Shown here: piece after piece, positions 18,991-33,869 of the stretch | How positions within the stretch are numbered: position 1 is the first letter of the stretch | How the letters are laid out: the number at the start of each line of letters is the position of its first letter | NCBI RefSeq assembly: GCF_009914755.1 | Contig: NC_060947.1 | Strand: one strand, 5' to 3' | Source of the DNA: the human T2T-CHM13v2.0 reference genome, Homo sapiens | Length of the DNA stretch: 64,000 nt | Notes under the pieces: generated by a model | Databases searched by the model: none | Seen by the model: the letters and a program-made list of their open reading frames with translations, nothing else | Told to the model about the DNA's origin: nothing | Program-made: the position numbers and the translations under genes

Positions 18991-21900
18991 TATTTTTTAA
19001 ATTAAACATTTTTATTTGAGATAATTGTAGGTTCACATGCAGTTTTAAGAAACAATACAGCAAGGTCCTGAATATCCTCTACCCAGTTTCTCCAGTTGTA
19101 CTATCTTGTAAATCTACAGTACAATATGACAACTAAGACACTGACATTGATACAGTCCAGATACAGCAATGTTCCATCACCATGAGAATTCCTCCTGTTG
19201 CTCTTTTATAGCAAAATAGACAAATCTACCTTTCATCCCCACCACCCCCTTTCCTAACCCTTGGTAACTAATCTGTTATCCATTTCTGTAATTTTGTCGT
19301 GTCAAGAATGTTATATAAATGGAATCATACATATGTGAGCTTTTGGGAGTGGCTTTTTTTTTTCACTCAACATGATTACTTTGAGATTCATCCAGGTTGT
19401 GTGTAGCAGTACTTCATCTCTTTTTATTGCTGAGTAGTATTTCATGGTATAGATGTACCATAGTTTGTTTAACCACTCACCTACTGAAGGACATTTTGGT
19501 TGTTTCTCCAGTTTGGGGCGATTATAAATAAGACTACCATGAACATTCGTGTACAGAATTTGAGTGGACATATGTTTTCAGTTTTCTGGATGAATGCCCA
19601 GCTGTGCAATTACTGGGTCGTACACAATTGCATGTTTAGTTTTATAAGAAACTTACAAACCACTTTCCAGAGTAGTTATACAACTTTATATTCACACCAG
19701 CAATGTATCTGCCTGCTTGCTAGCATTTGGTCTTGTCACTATTTCTTTTTATCTTGCCCATCATGATAGTTGTGTAGCGATATCTCATTGTGGTTTAAAT
19801 TTGTATTTCTCTGATGCTTAATGACATTGAACATCTTTTTATGTGTTTATTTGCCATCTGTATAGTCTTCAGTGAAATGTCTGTTCATGTGGATATCTAA
19901 TTGCTCTGGCACCAATTGTGGAAAAGACTATTTGTTCCCCATTGAATTGCTTTTGTGCCACTGCTTGCATGATTTCTGGTGATAAGTCCACTGTAATTCT
20001 TATCCTTCTTCCTTTATAGGCAAAGTATTTTCCCCTCTGACTTCTTTCGTGACTTTCTCATTACCTTTGGTTTTCTGCAGCTTGAATATGATATGCTTAA
20101 GTATGACTTTTGGCAATTTATATGGTGTCACCTGAACTTCCGGGATGTGTGGCTTGATGTCTATCGTCGATTTTAGAAATTGATGTACCGTTATTATTTC
20201 AAATCTTTCTTCTGTTTCTCTCTCCTCTTTCTGGTAATCTATTTACACATGTTACATCATGTGAAAATGTCTCATAGTTCTTGGATGCTCTTTTCTTTTT
20301 TCATTCTTTTTTTTCTTTTTATTTTAGTTAAGAAGTTTCTATTGACCTATCTTTAAGATTACTCATTCTTTCCCTGGCCGTGCCCAATGTACTGATGAGC
20401 CCATTAAAAGCAGCTTTCATTTCTGCTAGTGTTTTTTCATTTTTGGCATTTAAAAATTCTTACTTAGAATCCCCATCTCTCTCCTTACATGATTATTCTG
20501 TTCTTGCATGTTGTCTACTTTTTTTGATTAAAGCCCTTAACATATTAACCATAGTTATTTTAAATTCCTGTCTGATAATCCCAACATTTGTATCAGTCTT
20601 GTTCTAATGCTTGCATTGTGTATTCAGACTATGATTTTTCATGCCTTTTGGTGTGCCTTGTAATTTTTGTTGAAAGCTGAACATATTGTATCTGATGTCA
20701 GGAATTAAGGTAAGTAAACCTCTAGTCTGAGGATTCATGTTAATCTGGCAAGAATTGGGCTTTGTTTAATCTTTTCTGTAACTATTGGTGCCTCAGGCTT
20801 AAACTTTTCTATGTTCTTGTTTTTGTCTCCCCAATTAACATTGTGCTTTCCTAAGTACTCCTCTGAGAGAGAGTCTGTGTCTTGCAGCTCTTTCAATTGT
20901 AACTCACTATTATTATACTGGAGCCCTGTTGGTATGGTGTTAAGGTGTGGATCGGGGGATATTTTATAATCTTCTGATTACATCTCTCTTTTAATGGGTC
21001 TGTGTCTTTGGGATGTGACTTTTACAAGTGTTTCTTTAATGATAGAGCTTTTCCCCTCCTGCCTCCTGTTCCATTCTTTGCCTGCAGTGTTTCCAATCTA
21101 TTTCTTCAAAAGTCTGACCCTTGTTTACGATTTTTCCCTCAGGTGAGACAGGAAGGCTGGAAGATGCGGGAGGGCAGATGAATTCTCTTCTCTCAGCTAG
21201 GATAAAGTTTCAGAATTATGTTGGAGAGTTAGCATTTGTTATGGAGAGGGCTCTAGATGTATTTCAGAAAGGTTACTCTTCTATTATCTCACCAGTGCCA
21301 TAAGGAGACTTTTCTTGGATCCTGTATCCTCATTGTAAGAACCTGATGGGGTTCCTAGAAGGGAAAGTAGATTAAAAAATGTGAGGATCCTCCTAAGACT
21401 GTGGATCCTATGAGTTTCTGACTCTCATACTAGTCCACACTCAGCCTTTTAGCAATTTTTCAGAACTACCGTTTAAATGTTTTTACCATCTTATGGTTCC
21501 AGTAGCTTCTGCTTTAGTTAAGCAGATTTCAGTTGCTGTAGATTTTTGAACGTGCCTTTCTCTCCAGATTTAGGGATGATAATTTGCCCTGTGACCTCAG
21601 TTATCTGATGGGTCAAGAAAAGTTGTCGATTTTTAGTTTGTCCAGCTTTTTCTTGTTGTAGGACGGAAGTGACAACTTCCAACCTGTTTATACGTTGGAG
21701 CTGGAACCAGACATATCTAATATTGCATTTCTAATGTCAGTTTCTACATGTTCATTGTTAGTATATAGAAAAGAGATTGATTTTTGTGTGCTGATCTTGT
21801 CTTATGTGACCTTGATGAGCTTACTAGTTTTAAGAGAGTGTTTTTTAATAGGTTACCTGAAACTTTTCTATGCAGCTAATCATGTCAATTGAAAATAATG

Positions 21901-24324
21901 GCAGTTTTATATCTTTCTTTCTAATCTATATGCATTTTATTCCTTTTTCTTATCTAAATGCAATGACTAGACTTTCCAATATTATATTGAATAATAGTGG
22001 TGAGAGAGGACATCCTTGCATTTTTCTTCATCTTTGAGGAAAAAGCGTTCAATGTTTCACCATTAATTATGATGTTAGGTGTAGGTCTTTTGTATAATAG
22101 ATGCTTTTTATTAAGTTGAGATTGTGCGTCTCTATTCCTATCTTGCTAAGAGGTTTTTGCTTTTTATCATGAATTTTGGATTTTGTCAAATATTTTTTCT
22201 GTATCTGTTGATATGATCATATGATTTTTCATTTAGCCTGTAGATATTATGGATTACAATGGTTGATTTATGAATATAGAACCAGCTTACGTATCTGGAA
22301 TAAATTCTACTTGGTCATGGTATTTAAGTTGTTTATTTTTACATTAATGAGTTCACTATGCTATTTTTTTCTGAGAATTCTTATGCCTAGATTAATGATC
22401 CGTAATTGATCTGTAACTTTCTGTTTTTGTACTTTTTTATATAGTTTTGGTATCAAGATAATACTGGCCTCATAAAATGCATTGGAAATTGGTAATTCCT
22501 CCTCTGTTTTCTGGAAAAGATTGTATAGAGTTGGTGCTAGTCCTTCTTTAAACATTGGGTAGAATTCTCCAGTGAAACCAACTGGGACTAGAGATTTCTT
22601 TTTTGGGAACTTTAGAAATTATGAAAAATTATGAATTAAAGAATTTTATTTAATTATGATAAAACTATTCAGATTATTTTATTTTGGGTTTTCAAATATT
22701 AGGTACATGTCTTTTAGGTTGCAAAATCTATGAGATTAAATTTGTTCTTAGTATTATCTTAACATCCTTTGAATGTTTGCAGGGTCTATAGTGATAGTCT
22801 GTTTCATTCCTCATGTTAGTAATATGTGTCTTTTCTCTTTTTTTGGTTGTCAATCTTGTAGTAGATTTTTCAATTTTATTGCTCTTTTCAAAGAACCAGC
22901 TGTTTGTTTCATTAATTTTTTTCTATTATATTCCTGTTTTCAATTTTATTTATACTGATATCTTTATTATTTCCTCCTTTCTGCTTGCATCTGGTTTATT
23001 CTCCTCTCTACTTTCTTTAGGTAGGAACTTAGATTATTGATTTACTCTTTTCTAATGTAAGCATTTAATGCTATCTATTTTCATTTTAGCATTGCTTTAA
23101 CAGTATACCACTAGTGTTTATATGGCGAGTGTTTATTTTCATTCAGTTTGATACATTTTTAATTTCTTTTGAGACATTCTCATTGACCCAAGGTTGGTTT
23201 AGTTTGGTTTAGTTTCCAAGTGTTTTGACATTTTTCTCTTATTGATTTGCAGTGTTGTCTGGATCATCTGTTATAGATAGCACTTCTATTTGATCCTGAG
23301 GAAAAATGAGCTTATATGACCACCTTCCGTTGCCAAGCTGGTGGTGAGGAAATGGCAGGCCTGGGTCACCATTTTCTGTTGGATAAGAGGTCATAAGATG
23401 ACTGGCTACCATTTCGTTTTCCTAGTTCTGTGGTCCCAAACCAAGACACCTTCCTCTTCCACTTTTCAGAGTTTTTCTTTGGTTGTCTTTTGAGTTGCTT
23501 CCAGAGTTTATAGTTGTCCTTAGTGTGCAGGAGTTTGGAAAGAAAGATTTATGTGTTTTTCCTAAGCAGAAATCTCATGATTATTTGAAATAATTGTTTA
23601 GATATAATTTTCATATACATTTTACCATCTAGAGTGTACAATTTAATGCTTTTAGTATACTTTCAGAGGCATGCAACCATTGCCAGAATTTAAATAAAAA
23701 TATTTTCATCACCTTAAAAAGAAACCATGTAGCGGTTAGCAGTCACTCTCTATCCTCCCCATCACCCAAATCCTAGGCAACCAAAGTAGTTTCTATCTTA
23801 ATAGATTTGCCTCTTCTGGATATTTTTTGTAAGTGGAATTATGCAATATGTGATCTTTTGTGACCAGCTTCTTTCATGTAGCATAATGTTTTTAAGTTTC
23901 ATCTATGTTATATGTATTAATAATATGTATCAGAACTTTATTCCTTTTTAATGCTGAATAACAATTAATTGTATAGCTATACCATGTTTAATTTGCATTC
24001 ACCTAGTAAATAATGATGTAGAGCAATTTTTTGTATTTTTCCTCTTTCTTTCATCATGTATCTGTTCAAATCTTTTGCCCATTTTTAACTAAGATTTTGG
24101 ATTGGATGTTGACAGTTCTTTGTACAATCTGGATTTTTTTTTTATTTTTTAGTTTGTGACTTGACTTTCATTCTCTCAATTGTGCCCTTTAGAGAGCAGA
24201 ACTTCTAAAATTTTAATGAAGTCTAGTTTATCATTTTAAAAAATTTTATGAATCTTGCTTTTGGTGTCATTTCTAAAAAATCTTTGCCTAATCCAAGATC
24301 ACAAGATGTCTCTCTTAGGTCGAC

Positions 24325-24468
24325 ATTAGAGGAAGGAGATGAGGCGCCTAAGGCACAAAATTTAAGGAGGAACTCATGCTGAGGGTTGTGCAAGTCCCTG
24401 AGAATGAGGATGTCCTTATATTTTGCACCCTCAGTTCCTCACTTGTGTCACCCTATTCCTGGTCCTGT
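24325..24468. mobile_element. MER96-like hAT MITE remnant
   Basis: gaggcgcctaaggcacaaaatttaagg ... tattttgcaccctc...caccctattcctggtcctg; inverted-repeat structure. Confidence 0.5.
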
Positions 24469-24894
24469 ATTCTTGTTTTTTGTTTCCTAGAAATTTTTTA
24501 TCATTTAATTTATTCAGTCATTAGTTGAGGATCAATTAGGTTGTTTCCAGTTTTTCCTATTTTAAATATTGCTGTTATAAACATTCATATACAAGTTTTG
24601 GTGTGGAGGTATGTTTTCATTTCTCTTAAGTATGTATCTAGGAGTGGAATTGCTCGTCATATGGTAACCGTAAGTTTAAATATTAGAGAAACTGCCAAAC
24701 ACTTTGTAAAAAATGTGACTGCATCATTTTGCATTCCTACCAGAAATGTCTGATATTTCCAATTTCTTCATATCCTTGCCAATAATATTTGTTATCTGAC
24801 TTTTTTATTATAGCCCTCCCAGTGAGTCTGAATGGCATCTTCTTGTGGTTTTGGTTTGCATTTCCCTATTGACTAGTAATGCCAATCAATGTAA

Positions 24895-25285
<391 letters not shown>

Positions 25286-26094
25286 TTGAGTTGATTTTGT
25301 ATATAGTATAAGGTATGGATTGAAGTTTATCTTTTTCTTCCATACAGATAGTCACATTTTCTAGCACCATTTATTGAAAAGACTACCATTTCTTCACTGA
25401 ATTGCCTTTATAACTTTATCAAAAATCAGTTAATAATTCATTTTTTCTGTATTTCTACATTTTGTCTGTTTGAAGGATCTATTTGTCTATTTTTATGTCA
25501 GTATCATACTATCTTCATGACTATAAATAAACCTTTAAATTGAGTAGTCTTAGCCACCAAGTTTATTCTCCTTTATCCAAGTTGTTTAGAATATTCTTGG
25601 TCCTCTGCATTTAAATAGGAATTTTGGAGTCAGTTTATCAGCTTAATGAAAGCAGTCTCATAGGATTTTGATTGGTATTGCATTGAATCTGTAGATCAAT
25701 TCCGAGATTCTTTTGACCCACTAACAAGGTAAATCTCCACTTATTTATGTCTTTTTTATTATCTGTCAGCAACATATTATAGTTTTCAGTAATATTGCAG
25801 CTCTGCTGTCAGAATTATTTGTATTTCACATTTCTGATGCCTTTGTAAATGGTATTTTAAAAAATTTTAACTTATGATTACTCATTATTAGTATATAGAA
25901 ATAAAAGTAAATTTTGGAAGTTGAATTTGTATATTATCAGTCATAATAGTTTTGTTTTGTAAAATTGGTTGGCTTTTCTACATTGATGACTGTGGTATCT
26001 GTGAATAAAGTCTTCCTTATTCCTTTGGGGTCTGCAATAAAGACTCACCTCTTATTTTTCTTGTCTTGGGGCACTAGCTGCAACCTTTAGTGCA

Positions 26095-26682
26095 GCGACA
26101 CACAACAACACACATTTATTTTCTCACAGTTTCTGTGGGTAAGGAATCTAGGCATGGCTTAATGAGATATTCTGCTCTGGGTCTCAAAGGCTGCAATCAA
26201 GGTTTTGATTGATTATATTTTCATCTAGAGAATCAACTAGAAAAGAATCTGCTTCCAAAATCATTAAACTTGTTGGCCTAATTAATTTCCTTGCAACTGT
26301 ATGACTAAAGGCCTTTGTTTCTTACCTTAGCTGGAGGTGTCCCCAAGGTTCTAGAGGCCACCTTCAGTTTTTTTTTCCCATGTGACTATCTCTATAGGCA
26401 GTTCATAACATGTTCGTCTGCTTCTTTAAAGCTAGCAGAAAATCTCTCTTACCAGTCTGGTAAGACTTTTATAACGCAATATAATGATAGGAGAGGCAGC
26501 TTATCATCTTTGCCATATAACAGGACCTCACTAAAGGAGTAATATCCCATTACTCTTGTCGTATTCTACCAGTTAGAAGCAAATCACATGTGCCACCTAA
26601 ACTCAAGGTGAGTGGATTACACAGGACATAAAAACAGGAAGTAGAGATCCTGGGAACCATATTCATATTTTCTCTGCCACAT
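26095..26682 (-). mobile_element. MLT1-type MaLR solo LTR remnant
   Basis: acatttattttctcacagtttctgtgggtaaggaatctaggcatggctt...ctgccaca. Confidence 0.55.
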
Positions 26683-29600
26683 AAGAATCCTAAGATATGC
26701 CATTTCCTCCCTCCCAATTTTTTGAAAATGTCACGTCTTTTACTTTTAATATGCTAAAACCCCAGTGGTTTTCCTTCTTTTGTGCATATCCATATTTATA
26801 GATACACACCTGAAGGGCTTCCTGTACAATTTGCTTAATGCAAAATGTAATTAGTGATTAATTCTTTCAGCTTTTTTGTATCCTAAAATGTTATTTTATC
26901 CCTTTTAAAAAAACACATTTTGGCTGGGTATGGAATTGTGGATTTACTTTGTCCTTCTTACAGTACTTTAAACATATCGTTTTACTGTCTTATAGCTTTC
27001 ATGGTTTCTGAAAAGAAATTATCTATCATCCTTACCTGTCTTCCTCTACATGATGTGTCTTTTTTCTAGGCTCATTTTAAGAGTTTGTTTTCATGAATTA
27101 CTGTGGTTAATTTTATTATGATGTGCTTAATGTATTTTTTTTCATCTTTGTTGTGCTTGGACATGCTAAAGTTACTGGATCTGTGGTTTTGTAGTTTTCA
27201 CCAATTCTAGAAAGTTTTATACTATTATTTCTTCAAATATTTAGTTTTCTGTCTCTCTCTCCTCCTCTTCAGAGGCTCCAATCACATGTATATTAGGCTA
27301 CTTTAAATTATCCCACAACTTAATGATGTTCCTCATTTTACTTCCATCTCTTTTCTCCCTGTATTTCATTTTGGAGAGTTTTGATTTCTATATCTTTATC
27401 TTTGTTTATCTTTTACTTTGAATGTCTGATATATTGTTATTCCCATTGACTGTATTTTTCACCTCAGACAATGTGGTTTACATCTCTGCAAGTTAGACTT
27501 GGATCTTTTTTGTATCTTCCATTTCTCCAGCTAACAGGTTCATTCAGTATTTCCTCTATCTTCTTGAACATGAGATACAGGCAAATTAACTATTTTAATG
27601 TTCTTATGTACTAATTTTCTCATCTGTGCCAGTTTTGTGTCTGTTCTGATTAGCTGAGTTTTCTCCTTATTATGAGTAGTGTTTTCCTGATGCATTGTTC
27701 ATCTTGTAATTTTTTGGTTGGATGCCAGATGTGAATTTTGACTTGTAGGTGTTGTATATTTTGTATTCCTATAACTATTCGTGAGCTTTGCTCTAGGATG
27801 CAGCTAAATTACTTGAAAAAAGGCTGGTACTTAATGTCTTCCTTTTAAACTTCCAGGTAGACCAGAACAGCACTTAGTCTAGGGTTCATTTTCTTCACTA
27901 CTCAGACAAGACCCTTCTGAGTATTCCTCTCTATGTCCCATGAATTATGAGGTCTTTCACTCTGGTGGTAGGTACATAAATTATTTTCTGCCTTATGTGA
28001 ATATGAGGTACTATTTCTATAATCCCTTTGGGTTCTTACATGCACAAATCCATCAGCCCTGATCTAAGCAATGAATAAGGACACTCTGCAGATCTCCTCA
28101 TTTCTTTATCTGTTTGACTCTCTCCTCTCAATTACTCTGCCCTGTGAACTTTAGCTACCTGGGATTCCTAGGACTTCTAGGTCTAACTCCTCAACTCAGA
28201 GAGAATGCCTGGATTCTGGGCAACACCTGGGTTTCTATCCTCTGCACTGCACCTTGGTACATCTTTCAGGCAGCAAGCTGGAACAATTGTTGGCTCATCT
28301 CATTCATTTTCTGTCTTTCAGGGATCACTGTCCTTTGTTGTATGACATTCAATGTCTTGAGAACCATTATTTCATATACATTGATTGTTTTTAGTCATGT
28401 CAAGTGGGATGGTAAATTTGCTCCCTGTTACTCCTTCCTGTTCAAAAGGAAAATCAGAAATATTTATTAATTTTACACTGTTTAGAAGATTTCTGGATAT
28501 CTTTCTGTTGTTTATTTCTAATTTAATTCTGTGTGGTTATAGAACATACTTTGTCTGATTCAAATCCTTCAAATTAGTTGAAGTTTGTTTTACAAGTCAG
28601 AAATATGGTAGTATATCTTGGCAAGTGTTGCATGTGTACTTGAAACTGTTTTGCTGTTGTTGGGTGCTGTATTTTCTGTATATATTAAGACAAGTGGTTA
28701 ATAGTATAACTCAAGTAATCTGTATACTGCACATATTTATTTCTCTGTGCTTGTAGAAAGAGTACTGAAATCTCCAACTATAAATGTGAATTTGTTTATT
28801 TTGTTTTAAGATTTGTATTTGCTTCATCTATTTTTGAAGCTCTGATGTTAGGTACACACACATTTAGAATTGTTGTTTCGTTAGTGAATTGACCCCTTCG
28901 TAAGTATACAAAGGCCCTTTTATCCCTGGTAATATTGCTAGTCTTAACATTAACATTATCTGACATTAATGTAGCCATTTTGGCTTTCCTTTTTTCATTT
29001 TTAAAAACAGCTTTATTGAGATATGATTCATATACCACAAAATTTATCCATTTGAAGTACACAATCTAATGGTTTAGAAAATTGATAGAGTTGTATAACC
29101 ATCATCACTACCCAATTTTTAGAACATTTACCTCCCTTTTAAAAGAAAAGTCATACACCTTAGCAGTCATTCCCTATTCCTTCTTATCCTCAGCCCTAGG
29201 TAACACTAATCTAAGTTTTATCTCTATAAATTTGCCTATTGTGGACATTTCCTATAAAGGGAATCTTAAAATGTGTGACCTTTTGTGACTGGATTCTTTT
29301 ACTGAACATATTTTCAAGGTTCATCCATGTTATAGTATGTATAAGTACTACATTCATTGTTTATTGGCATTACATATTCTATTTTATGGATATATCACAT
29401 TTTACTAATCTCTTCATTAGCTGATTGGCATTTGGACTGTTTCCACTTTGGGCTGTTATGAGCAGTGCTACTATGAACATTTTTGTGCAGATATATGTTT
29501 GATTTCTCTTGAGTAAACACCTAGGAGAGGGATTTCTGGGTCAAACAGAAACTTCGTGATTAATATTTTGGAGAAATGTCACTCTGCTTTCCAAAGTAGC

Positions 29601-30499
29601 TGCACCATTTTCCCATCCCATCAACAATGTACGAGGAATTCAGCTTCTTCATGTTCTTGCCATTGTTCATTATTTTCTGTTTTCTTTTTACTATGGCCAT
29701 TCTGGTGAGTGTGAAGTGGTATCTTATTGTGCTTTTGACTTCTATTTCCTTAATGATTCATGATATTAAGTATCTTTTCATGTGTTTAATGGCCATGTGT
29801 GCATCTTCTTTAGAAGAATGTCAATTCAGAGCATTTGTTCATTTTCATATTATGTCTGTGTGTCTCTTTGTTATTAAGATATGTGTTCTTTATAAATATT
29901 GAATACAAGTCTTTTATCAAAGATATAATTTTCAAATATGTTCTCCCATTTTATGGGTTGTGTGTTTACTTCCTTGATTTACTTCCTTGATTATATCCTT
30001 CACAGAGATAAATCCCACTTGGTCATGATGAATGATTTTTCTAGTGTATTGTCAAACTCGGCTTGCTAGTATTTTGTTGAAGATTTTTGTGTCACTATCA
30101 ATCAGTGATATCGGCCTATAGTTTTCCTTTTTTGATGTGTCTTTATCTGGTTTTGGATCAAGGTAGTACTGGTCTAATGAAGTTCAATTTATGTTTTCTT
30201 TTGTCACTTGTACTGTGGTTTCATAGTCAAGGAACCACTGGTTAACACCAAACTCGTGAAAATTTACCTTTAAGTTTTCTTCTAATAATTTTATAGTCTC
30301 AAGTCTTATTATATTTACGTATATGATACATTTTGAGTTAATTTTTGTGTATGGTATGAGGCAGGGGTCAAATTTCACCATTTTCTTTGCCCATTGCCTT
30401 GTCTTGGCACTCTTGTTGAAATCAACTGACAATATGTGTAAGGTTTATTTCTGGATTCTCAATTCTATTTCATTTATTTATATGTATATCCCTACAAAA

Positions 30500-30870
30500 G
30501 AGCCAAACTCAAGGCCATAAACACATCAATCACCTCACAGTTTCCTCCTGCCATTGTTATTATTATTTTGTTGAGGGAGGTAAAAACACTTAACAAGCAG
30601 GGTATGGTGGCTCATGCCTGTAATCCCAGCACTTTCGGAGGCCAGAGGATTGCTTGAGCCCAGAAGTTTGAGATCACCCTAGGCAACATAGGGAGACCCC
30701 ATCTCTATTGAAAAAAAATACAAATTATCTAGGCATAGTGGCACGTGCCTGTGATCCCAGATATTTGGGAGGCTGAGGTTGGAGGATCACTTGAGCCCAG
30801 GAGATCAAGGCTGCAGTGAGTCAGGATGGCACCAATGCACTCTAGCCCGGGTGACAGAGTGAGACTCCAT

Positions 30871-30902
<32 letters not shown>

Positions 30903-30906
30903 GAAA

Positions 30907-30974
<68 letters not shown>

Positions 30975-33860
30975 GAGAAAGAAAGAAAGAAACACTACCT
31001 TCTTTGCAATATAGTGTGGTGAGCTATGGGCACTATGCTGTATGGTAGATCTCCAGAACTTTTTTTTATCTTGCATAACTAAACCTTTGTACACTTGACC
31101 AACATCTTTCCATCCTGCCCCCACCTCAGCCCTTGGCAACTACCATTCTACTCTGTGATTCTATGAGTTTGACTATTTTAGATCCCACATATAAGTGAGA
31201 TCATGTAGTATATGTTTTTCTGCGTTTGGGTTATTTCACTTAGCATAATGTTCTCCAAATCCATCCATGTTGTTACAAGTGGCAGGAATTCCTTAATTTT
31301 TAAGGCTGAATGGTATTTTTTTTGTGTTTATATACCACAATTTCTTTATTCATTCATTCATTGTTGGATAATTAGATTGGTTCCAAATCTTGGCTACTGT
31401 AAATAGTGCTACAATAAACATGGGAGTGCAAATATCTCTTCAAGATTCTGATTTCAATGCCTTTATATAACCAGACGTGGGATTACTGGATTCCATGGTG
31501 GTTCAATTTTCTATTTTTTGAGGAACCTCCATACTGCTGTCCATAATGGCTGCACCAATTTATGTACACAATTGTGTATACAATTTCACTTTTCTCCACA
31601 TCCTTGCCAACACTTGTTAACGTTTGTTTTTTAATTAATAGCCATTCTAACAAGTGTAAGGTGATTTCTCATTGTGGTTTTGGTTTGCATTTCTCTAATG
31701 ATTAGTGATGTTGAGCACTTTTTCATATGCCTGTAGGCCATTTGTATGTCTTCTTTTGAGATATATTGATTCAAGTTCTTTGTCCATTTTAAAATCAGGT
31801 TGTTATTATTTTTTGCCATTCAGTTGTATGAGTTCCTTGTATATATTTTTAAAATATTAACCCCTTAACAAATATACAGTTTGCAAATATTTTCTCCCAT
31901 TGTGCAGACTGCCTTTTCATTTTGTTGATTGTTTCCTTTACTGTGCAGAGATTTTTAGCTTGATATGATCCCATTTGTTTGTTTCTGCTTTTGTTGCCTG
32001 TGCTTTCAGTATCATATTTTAAAAATAATTGCCAAGACGAACATTAAGGAACTTTTTCCTTATGTTTTCTTTTTCCTGATAGTTGTTCATCTTATATTTA
32101 AGTCTTTAATCCATTTGAGTTGAATTTTGTGTATGATATAAAGGTCCAATTAATTATTTTGTATGTGGATATCCAGTTTTCCCAGCATCATTTATTAAAG
32201 AAGCTATCCTTTCCTCATTTTGTATTCTTGGCACCCTCGTGAAAAATTAGTTGACTGTATATGTGTGGGTTTATTTCTGGGCTCTCTATTCTATTCCACT
32301 GGTCTATATGGCTGTTTTTATGCCATACCACTCTGTTTTGATTACTATAGCTTTGTAATATAATTTACAATCTGGAAGTGTGATGCCTGTAGCTTTGTTA
32401 TTCTTGCTCAAGATTGCTTTGTCTATTTGGAGTCTTTTGCAGTTTCAAATGACTTATAGGGTTATTTCTTCTATGTTTTATTTTAAATGCTACTGGAGTT
32501 TTGGTAGGGATTACATTAAATCTGTGGATTTCTTTTCATAGCATGTACATTTTAACAATATTAACTCTTCCATGAACATGAGATATCTTTCCATTTACTT
32601 GTGTCTACTTCAATTTCTTTCATCAGTGTTTCATAGTTATCAGTGTACAGGTCTTTCACCTCCTTGCTTAAATTTATACCTAAGTATTTTATTATTTTTA
32701 ATGCTATTGTAAATGGATTTTTTTTCTTAAATTCTTATTTGGATAGTTCATTGTTACTGTGGAGAAACACAATTGACTTTTATATGTTGATTTTTACCTT
32801 GTAACTCTAGTAAGTTTGTTTACTAGTTCTAAGACTACTTTGGTGCAGTTTTTAGAGCCACATGCATGTGTGCATGCACACACACATATGGGATCATGTC
32901 ATCTGCAAACAGAGACAATTTTACTTCTTCCTTTCCAAGCTGAATATTTTTTATTTCTTTTTTCCTTGCCTAGTTACTTCAGCTGGAACATCCACTACTA
33001 TGTTACATAGAAGTGGTGAGACTGGGTATCCTTGTTTTGTTCTTGATCTTAGAGGAAAAGCTTTCACCTTTGCACTGTCATGTATGATGTTACCTGTGGG
33101 TATGTCATATATGGTTTTTATTATACTGAGTTACATTCTTTATATACTTGATTTGTTGAGAGTTTTTACCATTAAAAGATACTGAATTTTGTCAAATGCT
33201 TGTTTCTGCATCTGTTAAGATGATCATGTGATTTTTATCCTACATTTTCCTAATGTGGTGTATCATATTTATTGGTTTGTATATGTTGAAGCATCCTTGT
33301 ATCCCAGGTATAAATCTCACTTGATATGTTGTGTAATACTTTTAATGTGCTGTTGAATTTTGTTTACTGGTATTTTGTTGATGTTTGTATGTATGTTCAC
33401 CCGGGATATTGGCCTGTAATTTTCTTTTTTGTAGTGTCCTTGTCTACCATTGGTACTAGGGTAATGCTAGCCTCAGAATGAGTTTGGAAGTGTTCAACTT
33501 TCTTCCATTCTGGGGGAAAATTTGAGAAAGATTGGCATTAATTCTTCTATAAATGTTCGATAAAATTCACCATTGAAGCCATGCAGCCCTGAATTTTTTT
33601 TTTTGGAAGATTTTTTATTATTGATTCTACCCTCTTGTAAGTTTCTAGAAATTTATTCATTTCTTCTAGGCTATACAATTTATTGGTGTATAATTGTTCA
33701 GAGTAGTCTTTTATGATTCTTTGTATTTCTGTAGTATCAGTTGTAATGTCCCCTCCTTCATTTCAACTTTATTTATTTGAGATCTCACTGTCTTTTTCTT
33801 AGTTTAGCTAAAGATCTGTCAATTTCATTTATGTTTTCAAAAAGGTAGTTTTTGTTTTTT
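30500..33860 (-). mobile_element. Old L1MA-type element (3' UTR and ORF2 part), resuming at ~41590 after the nested L1
   Basis: ORF2 remnant [21 protein letters not shown] on the - strand. Confidence 0.75.
30598..30990 (+). mobile_element. AluJ-like SINE with tail expanded into a (GAAA)n microsatellite
   Basis: ggtggctcatgcctgtaatcccagcac...gagactcc followed by A-run and (AAAG)n at 30871-30990. Confidence 0.92.
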
Positions 33861-33869
33861 ATCTTTATT

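Noticed and set aside
30729-31139. FFLS / KKER repeat ORFs
   Set aside because: Translation of the (GAAA)n Alu tail.
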